A stretch of 64,000 nt of DNA from Vulcanimicrobiota bacterium (GTDB taxonomy: Bacteria; Vulcanimicrobiota; Vulcanimicrobiia; Vulcanimicrobiales; Vulcanimicrobiaceae). The DNA lies in contig CAWETW010000001.1 in the NCBI GenBank assembly GCA_963812155.1, positions 96,001-160,000 of the forward strand. Reading direction: 5' to 3'. Below are positions 30,481 to 41,502 of this stretch, in pieces. A program made the position numbers and the translations under genes. Below the pieces are notes generated by a model. That model saw only the letters and a list, made by a program, of their open reading frames with translations, had not been told where the DNA came from and made no database searches. Each line of letters begins with the position of its first letter. Position 1 is the stretch's first letter.

Positions 30481-30752
30481 CTAGAGGAGCGCTTTTTTGG
30501 CGTGCATGGAGACCGCCGGGTCATACACTGTCGTGACTTCGGACCGGCAGATCGAGACGAACGCGGATCAGGAGCGACGGGCGAATGACGCCGTCTTCGA
30601 CGGAATTCCGCGAGACGGGCAGATCTGCGCGAGCGCCACGGATCGCGGATATGCGCCCGCAGGAGTATGCCGCCAGCCGTTTCCCTCGGCTCTCACGCTA
30701 AAACTTTAAGTTTGAGTCCCTCGCGGTGCAAGTCTCACAACTTTGCAAAATA

Positions 30753-30881
30753 TGAACGTTGCTGGGGGATAGAGGCAATCGCTTGCGTTCCGGATGGTAA
30801 GATTGCCGGTATCGATTTCCGGACTTATGCCTATTCATCGGGCCGTTCGATGTAGACGAAGCCCGTGTCCCCAGCAATTCA
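30753..30881. other. Predicted four-way-junction structured element (candidate ncRNA)
   Basis: Closing helix TTGCTGGGG/CCCCAGCAA enclosing three hairpins; see findings. Confidence 0.45.
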
Positions 30882-31008
30882 GTGAGAGGTTTGTGGATTT
30901 CCCTAACACGTAGTGTGACGAGGGATAGCGTACCACACTGCATAACGGGCGATGGTGTCGGCGCCGATCGTTACGGTCGTGCTTTAACGCCGATATAAGG
31001 AATATTGA

Positions 31009-32043
31009 GTGCAGTTGCGCCGGAATCTTCTACCGCTGGCCCGCCGATTTCGAGGGGTCCTGTTGCTCGGTACTCTGATGGCTACTGCTGCTTGCTCTGC
31101 GAACTCTTCGGTCTCGCCTCCGGCTAGCGCGCAGTTCGGCACGCAGCCGGCAAACGTTCGTCGCAGCCTTCTGCTCTCAGAGGGGTTCGGTACGGTACCG
31201 ACTACACCAACTCGAGCAAAAAGCTGGATCGCGCCGGACGTGAAGGGAGAAGGCCTCAATATCTACTGGGGTGACTACTACAACAACACGATTGCGATCT
31301 ATCCCAGAAGCGGGACCAATCCGCCGGAAAAGGGGCTCATCACCAAAGGCGTTTCGGGCCCCGAGCGGCTTTTCGTCGACAGCGCGCTCACCGTCTACGC
31401 GACCAATATCGGCAACAACACGATCACCGCATACAAGCGACACAGAACGAGACCGAGTCTACGAATCAGCTCGGGCGTCGCGGACCCAACCGGAATTACC
31501 GTCGACGCCGCCGGCACGATCTACTGCGCGAACACGGGAACCAAAACGATCACGGTTTATCCGAAAGGGCAAACCACGCCGTCGCTGACCATTCCGATAC
31601 CCGGCACACCGGAATATCTCGCTATCGATGGCTCCGACAATCTGTACGTGTCGTATTTTGGCGGCCCGACGGGAACCGCGGTCATGGAGTTTGCCCCCGG
31701 ATCGACCACGGGCAAGGATCTCGGACTCGACATGGGCGGAGGGGGAGCCTTGGAAGTCGATCGCTCCGGCAATATTATCATCGCCGATAACTACGGTTCG
31801 ACGCTCGATTTCTTTCCTGCGGGTCAGACCGAGCTGAAGAAACGAATCGGTATGCCCGGCGGCGGCGAGATCTTCGGGCTCTCGCTGAGCGAGACGGAGC
31901 ACAAAATGTTTCTCAGCGTCTGGACGAACGGCACGTTTTCAATACAGCAGGTCAACTACCCCAACCTCACTTCTTTGACGACGAAACTTTCGACCAACGC
32001 AGGGAACTGGCCGATCGCAGTGGCTCGCGACGCGGTGTTGTAG
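31009..32043 (+). CDS. Hypothetical lipoprotein with NHL-like beta-propeller repeats
   Basis: Lipobox TAAC; PTGITVDAAGTIYCAN, PEYLAIDGSDNLYVS repeats. Confidence 0.75.
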   Translation: MQLRRNLLPLARRFRGVLLLGTLMATAACSANSSVSPPASAQFGTQPANVRRSLLLSEGFGTVPTTPTRAKSWIAPDVKGEGLNIYWGDYYNNTIAIYPRSGTNPPEKGLITKGVSGPERLFVDSALTVYATNIGNNTITAYKRHRTRPSLRISSGVADPTGITVDAAGTIYCANTGTKTITVYPKGQTTPSLTIPIPGTPEYLAIDGSDNLYVSYFGGPTGTAVMEFAPGSTTGKDLGLDMGGGGALEVDRSGNIIIADNYGSTLDFFPAGQTELKKRIGMPGGGEIFGLSLSETEHKMFLSVWTNGTFSIQQVNYPNLTSLTTKLSTNAGNWPIAVARDAVL

Positions 32044-32074
32044 CCCTCGCGCGGCGCCGCAATAACTGCCGAGA

Positions 32075-32641
32075 ATGACCCCGTTCGACTATCTGACCGT
32101 CCTCGTGTCGATCGTGATCGGGTTGGCGATTGCGAACGTCCTCACGCGTCTTTCGGTCGTCATTACGGCGCGCGAGCGAGTCGACTTCTACTGGCCGCCC
32201 GTAGCGTGGGCGATCTGGCTTTTCTTCGTCGCGGTGCAGCACTGGTGGGCACAATGGAGCGTTCGCCATACGCGGGAATGGAACTTTGGCACGTTCTGCT
32301 TGGAACTGGCAGTTCCGGTGCTGTTATTTTTTATCTCCGCGCTCGTGCTGCCTGAGCGGGAGGAGAATGGAAGGCTGGATCTCGGCGAGTGGTATTTCCA
32401 CAATCGCGCGTGGTTCTTCGCGGCGCTGTTCTTCGTGCCGGCCGCAAGCCTCGCCGAAGAGCTAACGCGAACCGGCCATATCGCCTCGCCGGTTAATCTG
32501 GCGTTCTTGTTGTTCTTCGAAGTGACCATCGCCGCAGCGTACGCGCTCAAGTCGCGACGAATTCAGGAGATCATTACCGCGCAGGCGATGGCAATGACGC
32601 TGCTGTACGTGATCGTTCTCTTCATTCGACTGCCCGGATAG
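32075..32641 (+). CDS. Hypothetical membrane protein
   Basis: FDYLTVLVSIVIGLAI; about 6 TM segments. Confidence 0.75.
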   Translation: MTPFDYLTVLVSIVIGLAIANVLTRLSVVITARERVDFYWPPVAWAIWLFFVAVQHWWAQWSVRHTREWNFGTFCLELAVPVLLFFISALVLPEREENGRLDLGEWYFHNRAWFFAALFFVPAASLAEELTRTGHIASPVNLAFLLFFEVTIAAAYALKSRRIQEIITAQAMAMTLLYVIVLFIRLPG

Positions 32642-32738
32642 CACGTCACCTCCATCTGCTCCGGCCCCCGGCAAGGGGCGTCGAAGGCTCGCTCCCGAAA
32701 GGCGAACGTTCGGCCGCTTCTCCGTCCTGGAGGTTACC

Positions 32739-33944
32739 ATGAGTCAGAAGCGTTCCACTACGTTAGCCCGCATGATCGCGCCGGCGTGCGTCGCGGCGCT
32801 CGCAGCATGCGCCGGCCGGTCGACGATGCCGGCCGCAGGTCAACCCGGAGCGATCGACGCTCGCATCGCCGCTCCCGATGCCGGCTTCTCGGTGCTGTAT
32901 ACGTTTGCCGGCCAGCCCGACGGCGCCGTTTCGGTCGCCGGCATGATTGCCTCGAACGGTACGCTGTACGGTACGACGCAAGTTGGTGGCCAAGGCGGGG
33001 CGGGCTCGATCTTTACGACGAGCACCGCCGGGAAAGAGAAGGTCATCTACAGCTTCGGTTCCGGCAACCCCGACGGCGTTTTCCCCGTCGCCGAACTCAC
33101 CCTGATGTCGAGCACGTTCTACGGCACGGCGTCTTCAGGCGGCAGCCATGGATTCGGCGCGATCTTCAAGACCGATAAGAGCGGCCACGAGAGCCTCGTC
33201 TACAGCTTCAAGGGCGGCAGTGACGGTTCGGCGCCGTACGCGCGACTGGTCGCGCACAACGGCGTTTTCTACGGCACGACCTACACAGGGGGCGGAAGTG
33301 CGAACTGCCCGCAAGGATGCGGCACCGTCTTTTCAGTGACGCCCGGCGGGACCGAACACGTCTTGCATGCGTTTAAAGGCGCCAGCGGCGACGGCGCTGG
33401 CCCGATCGCCCCGCTGCTGTTGGTAGGCTCGACGTTTTACGGAACGACCGGCGGAGGCGGCAAGTTCGGCACCGGCACGATCTTCAAGACGAGTTTGTCA
33501 GGGAAAGAGCAAGTGCTGCACCACTTCGGAGCGTCGATGGACGGCTCCGAGCCGGAGGCCGGCCTGGTCAGCCTGGGCGGAAAGCTGTACGGCACGACCA
33601 ACACCGGCGGAACGCACGCCGATGGAACCGTTTTTTACACGTCTTCGGCCGGCGGCGCAACGGTAACGTACAATTTCAAGGGAGGCGCGGACGGTGCAAA
33701 TCCGGAGGCCGCGCTCACCGTCTACAAGGGCAAGCTCTACGGAACGACGGCCGCCGGCGGTTCTTCCAATCAGGGAACCGTGTTCACCGTGGGCACGGGC
33801 GGGAGCGAGAGCGTGCTGCACGCGTTCAAGTCACAGGAAGGTTCGGACCCGCGCGCGCGGCTGGTCGTCGTCAACGGGCAACTCTACGGCACGACGTCAC
33901 TGGGCGCGAAGGGATTCGGCACGATTTTCAAAGCGTCGCCGTAA
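32739..33944 (+). CDS. Lipoprotein with tandem LYGTT..GG...GTVF repeats (GloVer/TIGR03803-like)
   Basis: Lipobox LAAC; seven ~50-aa repeats with YGTT/YGTA and G(T/S/A)(V/I)F; GGAGG RBS. Confidence 0.82.
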   Translation: MSQKRSTTLARMIAPACVAALAACAGRSTMPAAGQPGAIDARIAAPDAGFSVLYTFAGQPDGAVSVAGMIASNGTLYGTTQVGGQGGAGSIFTTSTAGKEKVIYSFGSGNPDGVFPVAELTLMSSTFYGTASSGGSHGFGAIFKTDKSGHESLVYSFKGGSDGSAPYARLVAHNGVFYGTTYTGGGSANCPQGCGTVFSVTPGGTEHVLHAFKGASGDGAGPIAPLLLVGSTFYGTTGGGGKFGTGTIFKTSLSGKEQVLHHFGASMDGSEPEAGLVSLGGKLYGTTNTGGTHADGTVFYTSSAGGATVTYNFKGGADGANPEAALTVYKGKLYGTTAAGGSSNQGTVFTVGTGGSESVLHAFKSQEGSDPRARLVVVNGQLYGTTSLGAKGFGTIFKASP

Positions 33945-34037
33945 GCGTTTTTCGCGCCGGCCTGTGTTGCTAAACGTCGACTCGAGCGACAGCGTGTAAT
34001 CGGCGCGAGTCGTCCCCCTCGCACGGGCTCGCCTCTC

Positions 34038-34070
34038 ATTAAACGCACGTTAAAAGCGCGTTAAACGCGC
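34038..34070 (+). promoter_or_regulatory. Triple 11-bp direct repeat, Pho-box/OmpR-family-like site
   Basis: ATTAAACGCAC-GTTAAAAGCGC-GTTAAACGCGC; TTAAA at 34039, 34050, 34061. Confidence 0.6.
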
Positions 34071-34168
34071 AATGGAGCGAGCACTCGATACCAAGGAGAA
34101 GCCGAAGCTGCAAAAAAGGCCGGGTCAAGCCCGCGTGTGGCGGGCAGCGTGCTGACCGGAGATAACTC

Positions 34169-35164
34169 ATGATGCAACCATCTTCTTACGTGAAAATCGC
34201 GACCGTCTCGATTGCGCTGGCGCTAACGTTGTCCGGCTGCGGCGGAAACGGATCGTTACCGGGCGGTAGCGCCGGCGTCTCGCAAGCGCCGTCGCAAATA
34301 CCGGCGCTGCAACCTGAAAAGGCTCCACCGGCGGCACTGTACGTCAGCGACTTCTACGGGAAATCGGTGTTCCGGTTCGTACGCCGCACCGACGGGACGC
34401 TGCAGACACCGGCCGGATCGTCGCTCGTCCTGCCGTATAATCCCGGCCCGATCGCCATGGGCAGGAACGGTAATCTTTTCGTCACCGACGAGCAGAACGA
34501 ATCGATCGAAGTGTACCGCAAAGGCGCCACTGGGTCCGCACAACCGTCGCGAACGCTGCTGTTGCCATTCGTTCCGAGCTGCGTCGCGGTAGACGCCGCG
34601 GGTTACGAATACGCCGGCGGTTTTTCCAATGGATACGTTGCCGTCTACGCGCCTGGCGCGCACGGGCTTGCGAATACGATTGCGCGTATCGCCCTTCCCG
34701 ACGGACATCCCGACGTCAACGGCGTCGCGGTGGACGCGTCGGGAAATCTCTACGTCTCCGACTCGAACGAGATCAGCGAATTTTCTACGCCGGCTACGAA
34801 TCCAACGCTCCAACGAGCGATCGTGGGCTCCGGCCAGGAGAGTTCGCCGGCCGGGCTGGCGTTGGAGCAGGCCAACGGCGAACTCTATGCCGCCAACACC
34901 GGCGACAACAACATCCTCGCCTACGGACCGGACGCGAACGGCCACGATGCACCGGACCGCACGATTTCGTCGCAGAATCCTGCGCTCAAGAACCCGCCCG
35001 GTGTTGCCGTTCACGATGCCGTACTGTATTCGACGAGCGGAACGTCGCTCAACGGGCCGCCCTCGGTGTTCGTTTTCAACGATCGCAAAGGCGCGCAAAC
35101 TCCAAGGCAGGTCGTGACCGGTTCCTACCTGTCGTCGCCGATCGGCGCAGCGCTAGGACCGTAA
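34169..35164 (+). CDS. NHL-repeat-like lipoprotein
   Basis: Lipobox LSGC; GVAVDASGNLYVSD, ELYAAN blade repeats. Confidence 0.8.
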   Translation: MMQPSSYVKIATVSIALALTLSGCGGNGSLPGGSAGVSQAPSQIPALQPEKAPPAALYVSDFYGKSVFRFVRRTDGTLQTPAGSSLVLPYNPGPIAMGRNGNLFVTDEQNESIEVYRKGATGSAQPSRTLLLPFVPSCVAVDAAGYEYAGGFSNGYVAVYAPGAHGLANTIARIALPDGHPDVNGVAVDASGNLYVSDSNEISEFSTPATNPTLQRAIVGSGQESSPAGLALEQANGELYAANTGDNNILAYGPDANGHDAPDRTISSQNPALKNPPGVAVHDAVLYSTSGTSLNGPPSVFVFNDRKGAQTPRQVVTGSYLSSPIGAALGP

Positions 35165-35240
35165 GCGCGCCGCCTCCGGCCGGCTTCGGGGCATTCTCCT
35201 TCACGTACCGCCGCTTCGCGAAGCGGCGGCATCGTTTGCT

Positions 35241-35750
35241 ATGAAGGAGGTTCTGTTGAAACGTTACCATCTCGCGGCCGCTCTCGCTGCATCGTTGGCG
35301 AGCGCCTGTGCGCACACGGGGTCGCTGCCGTTTGCAGGCACCGGCGGCACGAACGCGCCGGCGAACGCGCGCGTTACCGCGTACATCGAACCGGCGAGTG
35401 ACTTTGTCCCACCGCGCGGCGACGGGGCCGACGCCGCGCCTTGCCGGCACCCACAGTTTCCCGTCGTGTGCGTCAAGCGCGGGCATTCGGCTACGCTCGG
35501 CATCAAGATCACGTGCACGAGAAACGGCAACCCGGTTGCCTGCGGCACCGTCACGTGGTCGACCAAACCGAGTAACAAAGGCTTGACCGCCTCGTTCGAA
35601 CCGAATCCGGGTAATCCGACCACCGAGACGATCCGCGCCGCCAAGACGCTTCGGCTTGGAAAATACTCGCAGTCGATTACGACAAAATGCTCGAACGTGC
35701 CGGATTGTCCCAAAGACTACCTCGCGCCGATCTACGTCGTCGCGAAATAG
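35241..35750 (+). CDS. Cys-rich hypothetical lipoprotein
   Basis: Lipobox ASAC; three Cys pairs; start may be TTG after AAGGAGG. Confidence 0.6.
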   Translation: MKEVLLKRYHLAAALAASLASACAHTGSLPFAGTGGTNAPANARVTAYIEPASDFVPPRGDGADAAPCRHPQFPVVCVKRGHSATLGIKITCTRNGNPVACGTVTWSTKPSNKGLTASFEPNPGNPTTETIRAAKTLRLGKYSQSITTKCSNVPDCPKDYLAPIYVVAK

Positions 35751-35875
35751 CAACGAACCGGCCGGAGCGGGCGCGAAGGTGCGTCCCGCCCCGGCCGCTT
35801 TCCGAACGCCGGGCCGGGCAGGAGAAGAGCCCGGCACGTTCTATCTAACGGGGTTCCCGGCGCGACCAGCGATCC

Positions 35876-35957
35876 GGGCACGTGGCGGAACTGGCAGACG
35901 CGCTGGATTTAGGATCCAGTGGGGCAACCCGTCAGAGTTCGAGTCTCTGCGTGCCCA
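35876..35957 (+). tRNA. tRNA-Leu(TAG)
   Basis: CTGGA-TTTAGGA-TCCAG, variable arm GGGGCAACCC, GTTCGAGTC. Confidence 0.93.
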
Positions 35958-36109
35958 CGTCGCCGGCGAACCCCGAAGTGTGCTTTGCACTCGAGGGGTG
36001 GCCAACAATCCGATTGACAAAAAGGATTTTTGGTAAGCGCTAGGCGGCGAGCCCTCGAAGCGTGCTCTGCACGTGAGAGGCGAGCCAACGAAGCGATTAG
36101 CAAAAAGAC

Positions 36110-36184
36110 GCGGAAGTAGCTCAGTGGTAGAGCATCGCCTTGCCAAGGCGAGGGTCGCGAGTTCGAATCTCGTCTTCCGCTCCA
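36110..36184 (+). tRNA. tRNA-Gly(GCC)
   Basis: TCGCC-TTGCCAA-GGCGA, CCA end; TTGACA promoter element at 36015. Confidence 0.95.
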
Positions 36185-36209
36185 TATTCCCGTTCACAGG
36201 AGTCCGCTG

Positions 36210-37502
36210 CTGTCCACCTCGACCCTAACCCGCCTGGCACCGACGCAAGTCGAACTTGACATTCCCATCGGCGCCGACGAGTTGAGCGCAGCCGAGGAGC
36301 GAGCCTTCCGGCGGCTTGCCAAGAACGTGCGATTGGCGGGTTTTCGTAAGGGCAAAGTCCCGCGAAAAGTCTTCGAACAGGCATACGGTACCGGCGCGAT
36401 CACGCACGACGCCGTCGAAGACGTCGTGCCGGAAGCGTACGCGCGTGCGGTGCGGGAGCACGACTTGGAACCGGTCGAACGCCCCAAGATCGAAGTCGTA
36501 GCGGAAGACGAAGGACGTCCGACGCGCGTTAAGGCCACCGTCGCAGTGCGGCCCGAAATCGTACTACGCGACTACAAGGGCGTCGCCGTCACGATACCGC
36601 ACGCGATCGTATCGGACGACGACGTGGAACGAACCGTGTCGGCGTTGGCCAAAGAGCGCGCGACGCTGGTTCCCGTCGACCGCGCGGCCGAAACCGGTGA
36701 CGTCGTCACGATCGACTATAGCGGCGCCATCGACGGCGTTGCCTTCGAAGGCGGCACCGCGGCCGGCGAGACCGCCGAGTTGACCGAAGGGCGCTTCATT
36801 CCCGGTTTCGTCTCCGGCATCGTCGGCATGCAGGCGGGCGAAACCAAAGACGTGCGCGCTCGCTTCCCCGACAACTACGCGCAACCCGATTTAGCCGGCA
36901 AGGAAGCCGCATTCGACGTGACGCTGCACGAAGTGAAACGCTACGATCTGCCGGCAATCGACGACACATTTGCGTCCGCCGTTTCGGACAACGCGACTGC
37001 AGACGAGCTGCGCGCCGACGTCCGCAAGCGGCTCGAGGCGATCGCCACGCAACGCGAGCGACGTGCGATCGGCAATGCGGTGCTCGACGCACTATTGCGC
37101 GATCACGAGTTTGCGCTGCCGCCGAGCATGGTCGACGGCGAGATCGATCACTTCGTCAACGAGACCGTATCGGCCGCCGCGCAGGCCGGTGAGACCTTCG
37201 AACGTTATTTGGAACGCATCGGAAAGAGCGAAGACGAACTGCGCGCCGCCTACCGCGCCGACGCCGAGACGCGCGTGAAGACGACCTTGCTCGTGGAGCA
37301 GATTGCGAAAACCGAAGGCGTCGTGGCGACGCCCGCCGACGTCGCGACCGAAGTGGAGGCGCTCGCCCGGCAATACGGCCAGTCGCCCGACCGGGTGCGA
37401 AAAGCGCTGGGTAACAACCTGCTGTCGCTGATGGGCGCGATCGTGCGGAACAAAACGCTCGACTTTCTCGTAGACCATGCCAAGGTGACGATTCCGTCCT
37501 AG
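36210..37502 (+). CDS. tig: Trigger factor (probable CTG start)
   Basis: GFRKGKVP ribosome-binding loop, FKBP-like FIPGF; in-frame extension [20 protein letters not shown] after AGGAG. Confidence 0.92.
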   Translation: MSTSTLTRLAPTQVELDIPIGADELSAAEERAFRRLAKNVRLAGFRKGKVPRKVFEQAYGTGAITHDAVEDVVPEAYARAVREHDLEPVERPKIEVVAEDEGRPTRVKATVAVRPEIVLRDYKGVAVTIPHAIVSDDDVERTVSALAKERATLVPVDRAAETGDVVTIDYSGAIDGVAFEGGTAAGETAELTEGRFIPGFVSGIVGMQAGETKDVRARFPDNYAQPDLAGKEAAFDVTLHEVKRYDLPAIDDTFASAVSDNATADELRADVRKRLEAIATQRERRAIGNAVLDALLRDHEFALPPSMVDGEIDHFVNETVSAAAQAGETFERYLERIGKSEDELRAAYRADAETRVKTTLLVEQIAKTEGVVATPADVATEVEALARQYGQSPDRVRKALGNNLLSLMGAIVRNKTLDFLVDHAKVTIPS

Positions 37503-37599
37503 CAGGCGACCGGCGAAGAAACCCTGGGCGCCGCGCCGTAGTTACAGCAGGCGAGCGCGGCGTGACGATTGCCGCGGGAAGGACAGCGTAAGAAGAGTT

Positions 37600-38208
37600 A
37601 TGGGACACCTGGTTCCGATGGTGGTCGAGCAAACGGCGCGCGGCGAACGCGCGTACGATATCTATTCGCGTTTGCTCAAAGATCGCATCGTCTTCGTCGG
37701 CGGACCGATCGACGATCATTTGGCAAACTTAGTCATCGCGCAGTTGCTCTTTCTGGAAAAGGAAGACCCCGACAAGGACATCGACATGTACGTGAACTCG
37801 CCGGGGGGCGTCGTACCGGCCGGATTGGCGATGTACGACGCGATGCGCATCATCAAGCCCGACGTGGCCACCATCTGCATGGGCATGGCCGCGTCGATGG
37901 GTTCGATTCTGCTGACGGGAGGCGCGCCGGGCAAGCGCTATGCGCTGCCCCACGCAAAGATCCTGATCCACCAGCCGTGGGTCTCGCAGATCGGGGGCCA
38001 GGCGACGGACGTCGAAATCGCGGCTCGCGACCTCATCGCGACGCGCAATACCGTCGCCCGAATCTACGAAGAAACGACCAAGAAGCCGCTCGAACAGGTT
38101 CTGCGCGACATCGAGCGGGACTACTACATGACCCCCGAGGAAGCCAAGGATTACGGGATAATCGACCAGATTCTCGAAGACCGTCGCAACCTGCCGGCGC
38201 CGGTATAG
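37600..38208 (+). CDS. clpP: ATP-dependent Clp protease proteolytic subunit
   Basis: [25 protein letters not shown]. Confidence 0.97.
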   Translation: MGHLVPMVVEQTARGERAYDIYSRLLKDRIVFVGGPIDDHLANLVIAQLLFLEKEDPDKDIDMYVNSPGGVVPAGLAMYDAMRIIKPDVATICMGMAASMGSILLTGGAPGKRYALPHAKILIHQPWVSQIGGQATDVEIAARDLIATRNTVARIYEETTKKPLEQVLRDIERDYYMTPEEAKDYGIIDQILEDRRNLPAPV

Positions 38209-38235
38209 GGAGCCGAGGGAGGACGTTCGTTCGCA

Positions 38236-39490
<1,255 letters not shown>

Positions 39491-39492
<2 letters not shown>

Positions 39493-39584
39493 GCCTCTGG
39501 TTGGATCCAGGATCGTCGTCGCCGGCGGCCTATTTGCGCTGCAAACCACGGCCGCCGCTCTAGCCCTGAATCAACCAGAGGCCT
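39491..39584. repeat. 94-bp long inverted repeat (bidirectional terminator or MITE)
   Basis: AGGCCTCTGGTTG/CAACCAGAGGCCT 13-bp perfect arms, inner CGGCGGCC/GGCCGCCG and TTTGC/GCAAA stems. Confidence 0.7.
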
Positions 39585-39604
39585 GGCGCATTCCTTAGGT
39601 AGTT

Positions 39605-40696
39605 TTAGGGTGCGAGGAACAAGTGCTCTGGCTTGTTGCTGCACAAATCCGCGCCGCCGATGCACGCAAACTTCAACGTCGGGGTCGCCGTTTGAGCCAT
39701 CGGAAGAGCGTACACTTCGAGCCGTCCCGTCGTTTGATCGAGTGCGTAGAAGAGGTTGCGCGGCGCATCGGCGGCGATCGCACCCACGATCGTATTCGCG
39801 GTAGCATCGGGGAAGAGACCCTGCACCGGATTGAGCGGCTGCGCAAACTGCGCGAGCCGGTCGACGGGCGGCGGTGGCGGCTGCCCGGGCGGAGGCGATT
39901 GCAGCGAGCCGTTATACTGACCGAGAATAACCGGCACGGGATTGGGATTGGTCGGCAAGTATTGGCTGCTGTCGACGAAGTCGGCGAAATCCAGATTTAG
40001 TCCCGTCCCGCCAGGTGGCTTCGCGTACGGAAAGCTCGTCTTGAACAGGCGTGCCGAACTGATGCCCGCGGCAGGGGCGGCAAAGACGTACAACGTGGCG
40101 TTGACGTCGAAGCTTGCATGCACCGGGGTAAAGCCGGACGTCTTGGTTCCCGGAGCGCCAAACTGAACGGTGACCGAAGCGCTTTGGGTCGATCGCGAGA
40201 TCGGAGCCGCCAACTCCGATACCTCCCCGAGGACGTTCACGAGCCAAAGGTTTCCGTTGGGGTCGTACTCGACGTCGCCGAGTTGGGCTCCCGCCTGTCC
40301 GACCTGCGTCATTGCGGGCGTCAATGGAATCAACACTTGTGCGCGCCCAGGTTCGAACGAAACGATCGGCGGCTTGAACACACGAACCGTGGTCGCCGTG
40401 ACGATCGCGATCTTTCCGTATGGGTTGACGGCGAGTTGCGGCGCGAAACTCGAGTCCGGTGCTTCGACCAGCCGGCGTACGGGTTTGGACGCCGCCTTCA
40501 GCGGGAGCGCGTATTCATAGAGGATTCCGTTGTGATCCACATAGAGCTTGTTGGGCGCCGGCGTCGGCGTCGGCAGCGGCGGGGACGAGATCGCAACCGG
40601 CGCGGGGCCGCTGCCGCCGCCGCCGCAGCCTGCGACGGCGAGCGTCGCTGCGAGCAGCGCCGAAAAGCAGAAGAAAATCGTACGCGCTGCGTTCAT
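39605..40696 (-). CDS. Hypothetical lipoprotein (last gene of TBDR operon)
   Basis: Lipobox VAGC, Pro/Thr linker, propeller-like YDPNGNLWL; overlaps upstream stop. Confidence 0.78.
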   Translation of the reverse strand: MNAARTIFFCFSALLAATLAVAGCGGGGSGPAPVAISSPPLPTPTPAPNKLYVDHNGILYEYALPLKAASKPVRRLVEAPDSSFAPQLAVNPYGKIAIVTATTVRVFKPPIVSFEPGRAQVLIPLTPAMTQVGQAGAQLGDVEYDPNGNLWLVNVLGEVSELAAPISRSTQSASVTVQFGAPGTKTSGFTPVHASFDVNATLYVFAAPAAGISSARLFKTSFPYAKPPGGTGLNLDFADFVDSSQYLPTNPNPVPVILGQYNGSLQSPPPGQPPPPPVDRLAQFAQPLNPVQGLFPDATANTIVGAIAADAPRNLFYALDQTTGRLEVYALPMAQTATPTLKFACIGGADLCSNKPEHLFLAP

Positions 40697-41469
40697 AGAT
40701 CCATATTTCCGAAGACGGGGCCGCCCGTGCTGCCTTGGCCTGCATCTAACACGAAGAGCGACAGCCGCCCCGCATCATTAAACGGCAGTACGTTTTCGGT
40801 GTCGAGCGAAGCGACGTGCGAGAGTGGAAGCGTTCCGTTGGGTAGCGGCCTCGTCCCGGTGCCGACGTATCCCCCGAAATCCGACACGCTCTTTCCGAGC
40901 GAAACCGTAGCGAGATTGCCGAAGTGCGCGCTGCCGAGTTTCTTGAAATTCGAATCCGTCGACACCGTGAAGCTCCCGAAATCCGCATTCGGAAACGACG
41001 GCGAAGCCTCGTACAGCGCGAGCGTTGCGTTTGCAGCCGGAGCTGGCTCTTCAAACGTGAGCGCGCTGTATTTCGGATAGGTCCCAACCAGAACCACCGT
41101 ATAGGACTTTCCGGCCGCAAGGGCTGCCGACGTTTTTACGGGAGTTATCGCGTTTCCAAAACTGTCACGGGCTACGAGCGAGAGTGCGCCGGCAGGCATC
41201 GGAACAAACGGCGTTCGGGTGCCGTAGCCGAACTCCGACGCCACCGTGGCTCCGTTGACGGTGAGGTACGGACTGCTGATCTGCTGCACGACGCCGTTGA
41301 TCAGCGCCTCGAGACTGGGTGCGCCTTCGACGAATCGTACCTGCGCCTTCGTGCCAGCGACCGTCGACGGCGTCGAATTCGATCCGCTGCACGCGCAGAC
41401 AGCGAATGCAAGGGCGACAACCGCCGAAAACCGGAAAGCCCCCGCGCGCGCCGCACCGGAGTGCGGCAC
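40693..41469 (-). CDS. DUF4397-like lipoprotein
   Basis: Lipobox VCAC; AQVRFVEGAP, LAAGKSYTVVLVG, LYEASP. Confidence 0.7.
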   Translation of the reverse strand: MPHSGAARAGAFRFSAVVALAFAVCACSGSNSTPSTVAGTKAQVRFVEGAPSLEALINGVVQQISSPYLTVNGATVASEFGYGTRTPFVPMPAGALSLVARDSFGNAITPVKTSAALAAGKSYTVVLVGTYPKYSALTFEEPAPAANATLALYEASPSFPNADFGSFTVSTDSNFKKLGSAHFGNLATVSLGKSVSDFGGYVGTGTRPLPNGTLPLSHVASLDTENVLPFNDAGRLSLFVLDAGQGSTGGPVFGNMDL

Positions 41470-41502
41470 GCGCAGTGCACGTGGAACGATGTCGCAACGT
41501 GA

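Larger units (their letters stand above)
28264..30735. mobile_element. Decayed genomic islet integrated at the 3' end of tRNA-Lys(CTT)
   Basis: 21-bp direct repeat AGTCCCTCGCGGTGCAAGTCT at 28264-28284 and 30715-30735; cargo is pseudogenes, a cupin and an IS remnant. Confidence 0.8.

Noticed and set aside
30768..30870. Lysine riboswitch (GATAGAGG start, kissing loops)
   Set aside because: Too short, no loop-E/kink-turn P2 or P5, and no lysine gene downstream; kept as an unknown structure instead
34120..34158. Hairpin GGTCAAGCCCGC...GCGGGC...TGACC as a c-di-GMP riboswitch
   Set aside because: Lacks the GNRA tetraloop/receptor and GCAAA consensus of c-di-GMP-I
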